Virus record (IMG/VR): IMGVR_UViG_3300020411_002190
Coordinates: 1 to 30,846 of that record
Length of the DNA stretch: 30,846 bases
Source: a virus
Taxonomy: Duplodnaviria > Caudoviricetes
Direction: 5' to 3' (one strand)
Position 1 is the stretch's first letter; each line of letters starts with the position of its first letter. Position numbers and translations under genes: made by a program. Shown in pieces: positions 1 through 10,142 of the stretch. The notes below the pieces were generated by a model. The model did no database searches. It was given only the letters and a program-made list of their open reading frames with translations, and was not told where the DNA came from.

Positions 1-248
1 GCTGTAGTAGTTACTATACCAACTCCAGTAGTTCCTTCTGCTTTTCCCCTATCAATATCTGCTTGAGTTATTTTATATTTGAGATACATTCTCTCAACAC
101 CATCAAAATGTCTTTCATTAAAATATTGAAAGGTATCATCGACTAAATCATCTATCTGATCATCATCGACATTGATTTCCAAAACTGGAGCACCCAGTCT
201 TCTTTTACAATAATCTACAAGTTCTTGTTTAGTTGATGGTTTTGCCAT
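1..248 (-). CDS. gp13: Neck protein gp13, 5' part (runs off the window)
   Basis: Not in the ORF track. Read manually from ATG at 248-246: MAKPSTKQELVDYCKRRLGAPVLEINVDDDQIDDLVDDTFQYFNERHFDGVERMYLKYKIT. The LGAPVLEINV and HFDG motifs are typical of T4-like gp13. The start overlaps the upstream stop (TAATG). Confidence 0.9.
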   Translation of the reverse strand, partial: MAKPSTKQELVDYCKRRLGAPVLEINVDDDQIDDLVDDTFQYFNERHFDGVERMYLKYKITQADIDRGKAEGTTGVGIVTTT

Positions 249-466
249 TAGAATTTCTCAGAGTCAATATTGGCTGCGATTTGTTTTTTAGTTCCTCTGT
301 TTTTTCTCTCTAATTTTTTAGTCAAGTCTTCAACTTTTTCTGTTAAATCTTTTACTAATTGACTTAATGTAGCCTGTTTTGCTTCTAAAGCAACATTTTG
401 AGAGAATAAGTCAAAGGACTTTTGTTGATATGATATTATCAAATTTTTATAATCTTGTTCATTCAT
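248..466 (-). CDS. Small coiled-coil hypothetical protein (72 aa)
   Basis: Heptad-like L/K/E pattern (LSQLVKDLTEKVEDLTKKLE). Translationally coupled to gp13 and preceded by a late promoter. Confidence 0.75.
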   Translation of the reverse strand: MNEQDYKNLIISYQQKSFDLFSQNVALEAKQATLSQLVKDLTEKVEDLTKKLERKNRGTKKQIAANIDSEKF

Positions 467-478
467 GGTTCAAAATAT

Positions 479-504
479 AAAAAAAGGTGGGATTGCTCCC
501 ACCT
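479..504 (-). terminator. Rho-independent terminator after the fibre gene
   Basis: Minus strand reads AGGTGGGA-GCAA-TCCCACCT-TTTTTT: perfect 8-bp stem, GNRA loop, U tract. Confidence 0.88.
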
Positions 505-505
505 A

Positions 506-513
506 TATTTATA
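506..513 (-). promoter_or_regulatory. T4-type late promoter (gp55 sigma)
   Basis: Exact TATAAATA in the intergenic region, about 40 nt upstream of the 72-aa/gp13 unit. Confidence 0.8.
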
Positions 514-529
514 AGTTATTTTTTAACCG

Positions 530-2134
530 TTAGAACGACCCACCATCTACGGTGATATTATGCAGGATTCTTTGTCCTCCACTGACTCCAATAGTCTCTG
601 ATTGTCCGACAGAATCCTTAATCCATAAAGAACCAACTTCTAATGCAGCATATGCAGCAGCAGTTAAGACACTAGTAGATTCGGAAACATCTGAACCAAC
701 AACAACTCTTGATACAGAATCATCCCAATATACAGCAGCTTTCTTAGCAGAACCACTGTAATAGTGCATTATCAAACCAACGTCAATGTTGGCATCTGAA
801 CTTGGTGCTACCAGTGAACCACCACTGTTAACAAGTCCAACTTCAATCAAACTATCTTCAACCTTTAACGTCTCTGTGTTTAAGATTGATTGTGTACCCA
901 GAACTGTTAGATTACCAGTTACGGTTGCGTTAGTTGAAACTGTAAGAGCACCAGTAACAGCAAGTGTCGAACCATCAAATGTCAGGTTTGCACTATCTTC
1001 TAGTTCTCCAGAAGTACCAGCAATAACAACTCTATTATCTGTTAAATCACTAATTGCAGCAGAGTTAGCAACTAATCCACCTGCAATATTGGCACCATTG
1101 TCAACGTCCAATACATCAATGTTTGCGGTTCCGTCTAAATGTAAATCTTTAAACTCTAAACCAGATGCACCCAAATCTACTGCATCATCAGTAAGAGGTA
1201 AGATGTGAGCATCAAATCTACCAACAGGAGTAATACTATCTGTATTAGCATTACCAAGGTTTATATCACCGTTAAGATCAGTTTGTCCACTGGCAGATAA
1301 TGTTGTAAAAGCACCACTAGAAGCTGAGTTTCCACCAATAGCAGCACCGTCAACAGTACCACCGTTTATATCTGCTGTATCAGCAACTAATGAATCAATA
1401 TTTGCTGTTCCATCAATAAATAAATCTCTCCATTCCTGTGAAGATGTACCTAAATCAAATGCACCATCATCATCTGGAACAAGATTAGATTTAAATTCAC
1501 CACCAACATAGATATCGTCAGAAGTAGAATCACCAAGTCTAACTGTACCACCACGGAATGTAGCAACACCAATAAATTCTGATTGCCCTCCGACATACAA
1601 TCTACCTGTTATAGATGTAGCACCACCAACATGTACATCCTTTTCTATACCAACACCACCCTCTACAACTAATGCACCAGTATCTTTACTAGTTGATTGT
1701 GTAGTGGCACTGATAATACCAGTAGCAATTGTTCCTATACCACTAACAACTAAGTTAGTAAGATGAGCAGATTCAAAAGCTGGAGAATTTGTCCAACTTA
1801 AATTACCACTACCATCATTCTGTATAAGACTATTAGCACCTCCCTGAGCATTAGGGAATGTAACTGAATAAGATGCTGCTAATGAAGCAGGTGCTTTCAA
1901 CGTGAAAGCATGTGTTCCATTATTGGTTCCTTCAACTAGATTCAATCCTGATCCAGCTGTAGCAGTTTCTTTTAACCAATATCGATGAGAACCGAAAAAT
2001 TTATTGTTTGAAGAGTTATTATCTAATCCAATATAAAAATCATACTTGTCATTGGTGAATGCAGGTTCTCCTGCTTTCAACGCTGGCAAACTAGCGAAAG
2101 CACCTCTCTTAAACTGTATAACAGGAGAAGCCAT
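530..2134 (-). CDS. Fibre-like virion structural protein (534 aa)
   Basis: The N-terminus (PVIQFKRG...LKAGEPAF) is typical of phage fibre attachment domains. Gly/Thr-rich beta repeats (TGALVVEGGVGI), a duplicated DLG..EW.DL.IDGTANID module and a C-terminal DGGSF. Confidence 0.75.
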   Translation of the reverse strand: MASPVIQFKRGAFASLPALKAGEPAFTNDKYDFYIGLDNNSSNNKFFGSHRYWLKETATAGSGLNLVEGTNNGTHAFTLKAPASLAASYSVTFPNAQGGANSLIQNDGSGNLSWTNSPAFESAHLTNLVVSGIGTIATGIISATTQSTSKDTGALVVEGGVGIEKDVHVGGATSITGRLYVGGQSEFIGVATFRGGTVRLGDSTSDDIYVGGEFKSNLVPDDDGAFDLGTSSQEWRDLFIDGTANIDSLVADTADINGGTVDGAAIGGNSASSGAFTTLSASGQTDLNGDINLGNANTDSITPVGRFDAHILPLTDDAVDLGASGLEFKDLHLDGTANIDVLDVDNGANIAGGLVANSAAISDLTDNRVVIAGTSGELEDSANLTFDGSTLAVTGALTVSTNATVTGNLTVLGTQSILNTETLKVEDSLIEVGLVNSGGSLVAPSSDANIDVGLIMHYYSGSAKKAAVYWDDSVSRVVVGSDVSESTSVLTAAAYAALEVGSLWIKDSVGQSETIGVSGGQRILHNITVDGGSF

Positions 2135-2158
2135 GTTGTAATACTATACTTTTAATTA

Positions 2159-2166
2159 TATTTATA
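2159..2166 (-). promoter_or_regulatory. T4-type late promoter
   Basis: Exact TATAAATA about 25 nt upstream of the fibre ATG. Confidence 0.82.
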
Positions 2167-2182
2167 CTTATTAATTAATTAA

Positions 2183-2449
2183 TTAAAATGTCCCTGCATC
2201 CATTGCGTTATCTTGGGTTGCATCTGACATATCTACAATATGATATGGTGATACGTGTTCATATTTTCCTGCAGTTGCATTATACATTAAGACACTATTT
2301 GTAGCACTTCTACCACTAGTATCAACATCAGTAATACTTGCGAGATTACCAATAATAGCAGATGATGATGAGACAATTTTAGTTGCTTGATACTGTCCCA
2401 ATCTAACTCTTACACGAGTTGTACTTCCAGTTCTTACTCTAATTGCCAT
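2183..2449 (-). CDS. Small structural/hypothetical protein (88 aa)
   Basis: The LASITDVDT...VLMYNATAGKY motif resembles short fibre-associated repeats. It ends in DAGTF, similar to the fibre's DGGSF. Coupled to the upstream stop (TAATG). Confidence 0.7.
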   Translation of the reverse strand: MAIRVRTGSTTRVRVRLGQYQATKIVSSSSAIIGNLASITDVDTSGRSATNSVLMYNATAGKYEHVSPYHIVDMSDATQDNAMDAGTF

Positions 2450-2784
2450 TAGGTAACTCCATCTCTTATTAGTGCCATACCTTCAATAACCCTCTCCTTA
2501 AGTCCATCAGGAGCAGTTAACAAGACATCATAAACTTGTCTACCAGGTGACAAAGCAGCAGTTTGAACATCTGTTAGAGATATTGAAACTTCTCCATTAG
2601 CAGCATTTGAAACTGATGCTGTAAATGCTGTTTGATTAGTAGAAGCATGATGTTTTGATATTTTTGCAGCAACACTATATCCAGTCAAATTCTTTGCAGA
2701 ATTGCTAGTAGAATCTTCTAATGCAAATGTCTGAGTGAAATCAGCACCTTGATTTATAACAAGATTAGCGACGTATACTGCCAT
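2449..2784 (-). CDS. Small beta-sandwich protein, probable baseplate/fibre adaptor (111 aa)
   Basis: The pattern NLVINQGADF...NLTGYS...GEVSISLT..QTAAL.PGRQVYDV...ERVIEG is common next to phage fibre genes (BppU-N-like). Confidence 0.7.
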   Translation of the reverse strand: MAVYVANLVINQGADFTQTFALEDSTSNSAKNLTGYSVAAKISKHHASTNQTAFTASVSNAANGEVSISLTDVQTAALSPGRQVYDVLLTAPDGLKERVIEGMALIRDGVT

Positions 2785-2805
2785 ACTACCAAATTATAAT
2801 TTTAA

Positions 2806-2997
2806 CTATTTATTAGTTAAGTCCTTCAGCAATGATTTAATTTCATCAATCTCATTTCTGAGTCTTTGAAGTTCGTGTTTTTCAGATTTTCTTTTGTTTT
2901 TAACTTTCATATACTGATTATATTCAACAGAATCTGTATTAATGATTGCACCAGAATCATTACGATACAGATTCTTATGTCCTTCAACCTTTATCAT
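2806..2997 (-). CDS. Small hypothetical protein with C-terminal coiled coil (63 aa)
   Basis: MIKVEGHKNLYRNDSGAIINTD...EIDEIKSLLK. ATGA overlap with the stop of the 2380-aa gene. Confidence 0.8.
   Translation of the reverse strand: MIKVEGHKNLYRNDSGAIINTDSVEYNQYMKVKNKRKSEKHELQRLRNEIDEIKSLLKDLTNK
2807..2814 (-). promoter_or_regulatory. Probable late promoter variant (AATAAATA)
   Basis: 7/8 match overlapping the stop of the 63-aa gene, about 23 nt upstream of the 111-aa ATG. Confidence 0.6.
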
Positions 2998-5900
2998 GCT
3001 AAGGCAATTACTCTAAAGTCTTTAAACCTTGGAGCATATGCTTCATTAGTTCCACTCATCACAATCTTAATTTTAAATCCTGTGAATGGTTCTAAGTCAT
3101 CAGTACTAAATTGATATTCTGAGAACTCATTTTCTGCATTTGCCACAACTCTAGCATCAGGTCTACCATTATTTTTGGTAGCATCTATAATACTATCACC
3201 AAATCCATCTCCATCAGTATCTCTTAGATTATCATATCCAGGGAATGGAACAAATGCTTGTTCAACATCTTCAGAATCATTTCTGAATAACTGATAAAGA
3301 ACTCTAAAATCTGCACTTGTATGCCTATAAGCACCAACAACAACTTTCAAAGAAGATGATGGGTTCTTAAGATTTACTCTCTTAGTTACATATATTCCAG
3401 TATGAGGATCCTCTAAGACAGAATTAGATGCACCATCTGCTGCATAATCATTAACTGGTTTATTCAACCTATTTCTACCCAAAATTACAATAGCATTATC
3501 CAAATCAACCACAGGTGAAACCTTAGAACTATTAGATGTTAAATTCAAACTCAATGTAAATGATTTACTCATAGGCATTGCACCCAATTTAGCAACCTCA
3601 TTGACTTTTGATGCTATTAATCTAGGTGAAGATAATCTAGTTGTATCATTAATTTCAATAGATTCATATCCCTTATCAATAAAGGAAGATTCATTTCCAC
3701 CAGAACTAGTTCCAGAAATAGTTCTAATTTGTCCTGTAATAGTCGTTCCTTCTCCAGGAGTTATAACATTAATTCTTGGATGAATTGTATTGAACTGAAT
3801 ATTCTTAGATGAGTAAATATTAGATCCACCTAAAGAATTTTCGTTTGTAAAGTTCAACATTAGATCTGCAGTATCCCTCTTAGTATCTTCAGAAGTCCTA
3901 TCAAATTGTAGATAATACTTATCCAAATCCTTTGGACTATCCATTATACTAGTTGTGGAATGAGTCTTATTAATTCTCCTCAAACTAACACCATTTAATG
4001 TATATGGTTGAATTTGAGCACCATTAATATGCTTTCTAGGAATACTTCCATCAACTCCTCTAGTTGTTATACCAATAGTTCCAGCTCCACCACCACTTGC
4101 GGTAATGCCACTATAATAGATAATTTCATTATTAATCTTGACATATCCAGTTTCATCTGCACTAGCTGCAGATTGGAAACCTTCATATCTTGCAAATATA
4201 CTAGTATTTGCTACAGAAATACTTCCTGTTGCATTGATACCAATATTTTCTGTAATAGTAGTTGGAATTGAATTTGGTTCTATACCACTAATTTGAACAA
4301 CATTATTAGAACCATGCATTCCATGATTAAACTGAGTAACTTCTAAAGTGTTTCCACTATACAATGTTCCGTTTTGAGAAGAGGATGTGAGATGAGTACT
4401 ACCACTATTAAATGTAGTGTAAGTATGAGAATTGGGAACACTAAGGAATAGATCATTTGATCCAGCAAATGCGAATTGCTCACCCTTAACATCAGTCAAA
4501 AATAATGTATTATAACGGTGTATAGTACTTATAGTAATTTGAGCACCAGATCCTCTTTTGCCTGTCAAATCGGCAGTTGCTATACCAACAACATCTCCAA
4601 TTTTATATCCTGCACCTCTATCAGAACTGTTTATAGAAATACTACTAACTACACCACCAGCAATGGTAACAGTTGCACTTCCAGCAGTTCTTTCTTGAGA
4701 TGAAATTGGGTATAATGATACATTAGCAGTATTACTCTGGTTTTGATATCCAGAACCAGCATTTGATATTACTAAATCATTAGCACTTCCACCAACTGCT
4801 TCAATAAAACCATAGGCGTTAGTATCTCCATTTCCATCAGCTACTTTATTACCAATAGTTAATGGTTGAGCAGTTCCACTAACACCAGGAACACCAGTAA
4901 TATCATCAAAACCTACCTTTAATTTTCTTGGGAGAGTTCTAATAGAATCACCAATCATAGCGGTATGTCCGACATCTCCATCTTCAATAGGTGGATTATA
5001 TAATGTTAAAGTACCAGAACTAACAAAATCTGCCCTATAAATCTTAAATTTAAGATCTTCAAATTGGTTTGGTGTCCAAATAGTACCATTCTGAGATTTG
5101 AATAAACTACCACCAATGTATTGCTTAGTTACAATAACATTTTCATCATCAGGTAAATTAGACGTACCTACCGTCTTTTCACCCATTCGAGCAATCCATG
5201 CCTCATAATTATTAGTTGTTGGTGCAAGAATTACTATTGCATATTCAGTTTGTGGTGTTAGATAAATCGGAGATGGGAATGTAACTTTAGTTGCTGCTTT
5301 TCCATCAGTTGAAGTATTAACTTCATCAGGATCGAGAACAACACGAGCAAAATCTTGTACTAATTCGCCTGTTGGTGTTCCCAATTCAACTGTTCTAAGT
5401 TCAACAATTACTTTTTCATTTTCATCTTTATTACCAAAGAATAAATCTACAGAAGTTAAGAACATACCTTCTCTTTCAGTCGTAAATGACTGTGCAAGAG
5501 GGTCTGCATTATCTCCGTCACCAACCTGTGGTGGTGGAGGTGGAGGTGGCATTCTAACTATAACTCTAGTTTGTCTATAGGTATCAACAATACCGCTAGT
5601 CCAATAAGAAGTCTCACCTCTACTAATTAACAAACTACCTGGTAAAGACTTGGAATTGGTTGAACTAGAAGTCAATTTAAATGTTTTTTGTCCAGTAGTC
5701 CATCTTAATGGAGGTGCTGGATTTGTATTAGGATCTCTAAAGAAGAATGAACCTTCTAAATCTCCCCAATTATCATTAATAAGTCTAACACTAGAAACTG
5801 ATGCTTCAGCACCACTAGTTTCTCCTAATATCACCATATTTTTTACAATATATCCATTATACTTACCTTGGGCTTCTTTAGCCAATGAAGAAATATCAAT

Positions 5901-8900
5901 ATTCAAAACAGTAGATGAAGAAGAATATGCTGTACTTAAAGTAATGGATCTATCATAAGGATTCTTACCAAAAGTTTTCTTAGGTGATGTTGGATTACCT
6001 GTTTTATGATTTGGTTGACATAATCTAGCAGTAAATAAATGATTTCCACCAACATATCCCTTTACAGTTTCTCCAACTGTAAATGAACCAGATGTCATTG
6101 AAATTTCTACAAGTTTTGGAATAAAATCAATTCCACTAGCACTATCAAAGAATGGATAATATCTTGTATATGGTTGTAATCCTGATGATGAAAATTTAAC
6201 GTTTCTAGAACGAATATACTTATCTGGTTCACTACCAATCTTAATTGTTTCTATAAATTCATCATTTCTATCACCAGTAACAGTTCTTTCTCCACCATCA
6301 ACGTAAATATTTCTTACCCAGTTATCTGATTGTGGAGATAATGTAATTCTACCAGTCCAAGAAATCATATTGAATGGGTTAACATTCTCAACTCTTGATG
6401 CTAATGGTTGATTTAAAAACTCTACTTCATCATATTTAAGTGTGACTAATTCACCTGTTTTTTGTACATTAGAATCTAATAATTCAAGATCTTCACTATA
6501 ATCTGCAGTAGTAGTGTCTATAGATGGATTTAATGCTAATTCTGGTCCTATAAAATCAAAATCAACAGGACATGTAAGTTCATTTTTAGAACTATCAATA
6601 CTCATTTTAGATGTTTCTATATCAAGTCTTCCAGCATCCTTATAATCATCTACAAAGAAACCAGACTTAAATCTATCTAAACCATCAGCATCTTTAACTT
6701 GTAATGTTTTTGTAGCAAGTTCTAATAAACTTAAAGATGTTACTGTTTCTAGATTTTCAATTCTATCTTCTAGTTTACCAATATCTCTCATAGTATATCT
6801 TCTATTATCCACCATAGTGATTTTTGCATCATCTACGTTATAAAGATATGCTGGTAATTCAATTCTAGCAATATCCATTGCTTGTTCTTCATTCACAGGG
6901 AATGTTGGATTAACTGAAGAACTTCCTTTAATTACACTAAATTTACCTCTAATGTCTAAAACAAGTCTATCGATTCTTGGAAGATAGAATTCATACCCAA
7001 GAGTAGATGCCTCGCCAGGAGTTACAACTAAAGATGGATTTCCTGATACTCCACCAACATCTCTACTAGTCCATGAGAAGGGAGATGATGTATTAGATGT
7101 AAATTCAGATACTCTAGGTCTAAAATCTAATGTATCAGATGCTCTAGTACCATCAGGTAAAAGTGGAACATCTCCAAACCTTTCTTCCGAATAGGAATTT
7201 ACAGTATATACGTCACCAGTATCATCAGAAGGAATATTATAATAATCAAATACAGCTAAAAGACGATTGGTAGGTTTATAACCATCATTTTTTCTAACCA
7301 ATCTAGAATAATCAAGAATTGTATCTCTATGTCCTTTATCCAAACTAAAATGATTTGTAACAATTTGGTTATTTCCCTTATTGATAGCTTGAACAGTTGC
7401 TTTAATATTAGATTCTTTGAATGTTACCAATTCTCCAATTTGGAAATCATTAGCGTTTAGATAAGCAACTTCTATTCTTGTTGATGATACTCTATTTGTA
7501 ATTTGTGCTAATGTACCACTTTCAGAACCTAAGATAGACTCACCAAGAACCGTAGAAGTATCTAAATTTAATCCAGATGGAAAATCTATTGTATCTAATG
7601 TTATAGCATTACTATCTAATGATTCATATACACCTACAATTTTAACAACATCAGGAATATTTAAAGAAATTTCTTGATCTTCAACTCTCATACCATAATA
7701 AACACTTGTAGTTAATCCACTAAGAGCAGTTGTAGCAGCAGATACGCAAGTATTAACCTCTACTTTTTTACTCCTCACATATTCCTTTACTTTACTTAAA
7801 ACACCTTGTTTTCTAAGTGTAGTATTAACAGTAACGTTACCACTACCATTAGTAGCCAAACCGTTAAAGTTAACTGTTGCACCATCATTTGCAAGAGTAA
7901 CTTGATCACTAGTTAATGTTTCAGTACTATCGTTAGCATAATGAACGCTATATCTTTCAGCATCATATGGTTGGAAGAAAGAACTTGAAATACCAGTTAG
8001 CTGATTTGTGTGTATTTGCATCACACCTCCAGAAACTGTCTCTTCAGTCACTTGCCTAGTTACATAAAGTTGCGAATTAGCAAGATCTACTGAAGCAACA
8101 TTATTATTATCCAATTTAGCATATAATCCACCTTTCTTTCTAACGATAGGTCTCATAAGTTTAAATGGAACATTATCACAAAACTTTACAGGACCATTAC
8201 CAACACCAGATACCGCTTGTGTAGCAGCTAGAGTTATAGTGGATCCATTTGCTGAAACAGAACTAACTCTGTTAAATGTTGGGTTTGTATCACCAGGAGG
8301 TTGATATCTAATAATATCATCAGGTTTTACTTTAGCTGCCCAATTCCTCCCAGTACATGTAGATACACCTGTAGTAGAAACAGAAAGAGTATCACTAATA
8401 CTGAATCCTGTAACTACTTTAGGTTCTAAAACAACATCACCAATAAAATGTGTCTTATATGCAGAATTCTTTGATGGAGAATCTTGAAGTATAGATTTAA
8501 GATCATCTGTAGTATAAGCAGTAAATGAATTTAAAACTCTACTTATATCGGGATTCTCATTAAAGATAACTTTTTCACCAGCAATAAATGTACCAGATGT
8601 ACTAATTAAATTGAATGTAGTAGAAGAATTAGTACCAGAATTTTCAATATACCCTGTAGCACCACTACTAACGCCTCTCACACGCTCTGTTTGTGTTAGG
8701 GATATAGATTGATTTAATGTTATTGCAACAAACGTCTGAATGTCATATAAGTACAAATCCCATTTAGATGTAGCATTCTCATAACTACCATCAGTAAGAT
8801 TGAATGTATAGACTCTGGCATTACCTATGTGAGTACCACCAGTTGCATTATTTGAAGAAGTTCTTCTCTGATTATACAGTTTTACTGTATTCTCACTAAC

Positions 8901-10136
8901 ATTATTATCAATAATTGGTGTTCCAACAACATTATTCAATCTAATCAATGTTCCCATTTCAAATGGAACATTTCCATTATCAATTTTTTCTTTATCTCTT
9001 GGTTTCTCTACATCTACAACTTTATTTGATTTAGATTCAATATCATATCCTCTAACATATGCTTTACCAGCAGATACACTAACACCCATCAAATCTTTTG
9101 ATGGGACATTTCCTTGTGCAGTTTCTTGATTTTCAAAATAAACACCACCATTGGATTGCCTATCATTCAAAGACTCTTTAACATCAACATCATAATGTCC
9201 TACAGTATAATCTCCAGACTCTTCAAATGTTCTCTTAGCAAAATAATCTTTAATTAATGAATATTGAGATTTATTTTGAAGTTTTTTGACTTCTCCATTC
9301 TCAACTCTCAATAACTCAACAAATGTCTTATCATCATTATCCGTTAATAGTTTTGTTGATAAAATTGTTGAAATTTTTAATCTATCTGCACCTGGAGCAG
9401 CATAATTAGAGAATCCTTTAGCATTATCATATAGAGAAGTATTTTCCTTTGCTGTAATAATTTCTTCAGAAATTGTCAATCCAACTCTATAAGATGGAGT
9501 ATTTGTATATGGATCTAATATAATCTTATCTGCTCCAACATCAACAAATGTTCCACGTATAAAATAAACACCAGCACCAATAGCAGCTGCACTACCAGCA
9601 CCTGTTGCATTATCAGATATAAGAGTTCCTACAGAATCCTCTACATTAACTGCTGTATTCCCATATGTAAATGGAGTTTCAGCAACCAATACTTCACCAT
9701 TATTTAATGGATTTGTTTGATTATCAGTACCAGATCTAACATATTTTATGAAAATTGTAGGATCAGTAATTCCTGCAGTTGTATCAACATCAAAATACTT
9801 ATCTACAACAACTACTACTTCAGAATCTTGTCCTCTAAGACGTTTTCCAACTAATTCTTTACCATAAACGGATATATCTACACCTAAATGATCAGGATTT
9901 AATTTTGCAAACGAATAAAAACTATCGTATGAAATATTTCCAGGAATAACCATTGAGCCTTCCTTGAAAATATGACTACCAAATGATGTTACCTGATTCT
10001 GTAAAATCGACTGTAAGGTAGTTAATTCCCGAGCCTGTACTGGATGTCCTGGTTTAAACAGTACTTTATAGAAATTATTATACTTGTCAAAGTCATCGTA
10101 ATAAGGACTTATATTAAGATTCGTTTTTTGTGACAT
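2994..10136 (-). CDS. Large virion structural protein, DUF4815/VrlC-like (2380 aa)
   Basis: N-terminal TNLNISPYYDDF...VLFKPG.PVQARELTTLQSILQNQ, plus APGADRLK, RRYTMRDIGKLEDRI, GFFVDD and DPLAQSF motifs. Lies directly after gp8, as in cyanomyoviruses. Confidence 0.85.
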   Translation of the reverse strand: MSQKTNLNISPYYDDFDKYNNFYKVLFKPGHPVQARELTTLQSILQNQVTSFGSHIFKEGSMVIPGNISYDSFYSFAKLNPDHLGVDISVYGKELVGKRLRGQDSEVVVVVDKYFDVDTTAGITDPTIFIKYVRSGTDNQTNPLNNGEVLVAETPFTYGNTAVNVEDSVGTLISDNATGAGSAAAIGAGVYFIRGTFVDVGADKIILDPYTNTPSYRVGLTISEEIITAKENTSLYDNAKGFSNYAAPGADRLKISTILSTKLLTDNDDKTFVELLRVENGEVKKLQNKSQYSLIKDYFAKRTFEESGDYTVGHYDVDVKESLNDRQSNGGVYFENQETAQGNVPSKDLMGVSVSAGKAYVRGYDIESKSNKVVDVEKPRDKEKIDNGNVPFEMGTLIRLNNVVGTPIIDNNVSENTVKLYNQRRTSSNNATGGTHIGNARVYTFNLTDGSYENATSKWDLYLYDIQTFVAITLNQSISLTQTERVRGVSSGATGYIENSGTNSSTTFNLISTSGTFIAGEKVIFNENPDISRVLNSFTAYTTDDLKSILQDSPSKNSAYKTHFIGDVVLEPKVVTGFSISDTLSVSTTGVSTCTGRNWAAKVKPDDIIRYQPPGDTNPTFNRVSSVSANGSTITLAATQAVSGVGNGPVKFCDNVPFKLMRPIVRKKGGLYAKLDNNNVASVDLANSQLYVTRQVTEETVSGGVMQIHTNQLTGISSSFFQPYDAERYSVHYANDSTETLTSDQVTLANDGATVNFNGLATNGSGNVTVNTTLRKQGVLSKVKEYVRSKKVEVNTCVSAATTALSGLTTSVYYGMRVEDQEISLNIPDVVKIVGVYESLDSNAITLDTIDFPSGLNLDTSTVLGESILGSESGTLAQITNRVSSTRIEVAYLNANDFQIGELVTFKESNIKATVQAINKGNNQIVTNHFSLDKGHRDTILDYSRLVRKNDGYKPTNRLLAVFDYYNIPSDDTGDVYTVNSYSEERFGDVPLLPDGTRASDTLDFRPRVSEFTSNTSSPFSWTSRDVGGVSGNPSLVVTPGEASTLGYEFYLPRIDRLVLDIRGKFSVIKGSSSVNPTFPVNEEQAMDIARIELPAYLYNVDDAKITMVDNRRYTMRDIGKLEDRIENLETVTSLSLLELATKTLQVKDADGLDRFKSGFFVDDYKDAGRLDIETSKMSIDSSKNELTCPVDFDFIGPELALNPSIDTTTADYSEDLELLDSNVQKTGELVTLKYDEVEFLNQPLASRVENVNPFNMISWTGRITLSPQSDNWVRNIYVDGGERTVTGDRNDEFIETIKIGSEPDKYIRSRNVKFSSSGLQPYTRYYPFFDSASGIDFIPKLVEISMTSGSFTVGETVKGYVGGNHLFTARLCQPNHKTGNPTSPKKTFGKNPYDRSITLSTAYSSSSTVLNIDISSLAKEAQGKYNGYIVKNMVILGETSGAEASVSSVRLINDNWGDLEGSFFFRDPNTNPAPPLRWTTGQKTFKLTSSSTNSKSLPGSLLISRGETSYWTSGIVDTYRQTRVIVRMPPPPPPPQVGDGDNADPLAQSFTTEREGMFLTSVDLFFGNKDENEKVIVELRTVELGTPTGELVQDFARVVLDPDEVNTSTDGKAATKVTFPSPIYLTPQTEYAIVILAPTTNNYEAWIARMGEKTVGTSNLPDDENVIVTKQYIGGSLFKSQNGTIWTPNQFEDLKFKIYRADFVSSGTLTLYNPPIEDGDVGHTAMIGDSIRTLPRKLKVGFDDITGVPGVSGTAQPLTIGNKVADGNGDTNAYGFIEAVGGSANDLVISNAGSGYQNQSNTANVSLYPISSQERTAGSATVTIAGGVVSSISINSSDRGAGYKIGDVVGIATADLTGKRGSGAQITISTIHRYNTLFLTDVKGEQFAFAGSNDLFLSVPNSHTYTTFNSGSTHLTSSSQNGTLYSGNTLEVTQFNHGMHGSNNVVQISGIEPNSIPTTITENIGINATGSISVANTSIFARYEGFQSAASADETGYVKINNEIIYYSGITASGGGAGTIGITTRGVDGSIPRKHINGAQIQPYTLNGVSLRRINKTHSTTSIMDSPKDLDKYYLQFDRTSEDTKRDTADLMLNFTNENSLGGSNIYSSKNIQFNTIHPRINVITPGEGTTITGQIRTISGTSSGGNESSFIDKGYESIEINDTTRLSSPRLIASKVNEVAKLGAMPMSKSFTLSLNLTSNSSKVSPVVDLDNAIVILGRNRLNKPVNDYAADGASNSVLEDPHTGIYVTKRVNLKNPSSSLKVVVGAYRHTSADFRVLYQLFRNDSEDVEQAFVPFPGYDNLRDTDGDGFGDSIIDATKNNGRPDARVVANAENEFSEYQFSTDDLEPFTGFKIKIVMSGTNEAYAPRFKDFRVIALA

Positions 10137-10142
10137 TTTACT

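Noticed and set aside
2171-2186. (TTAA)4 perfect palindrome
   Set aside because: Low-complexity AT tract overlapping a stop codon, with no evidence of function.
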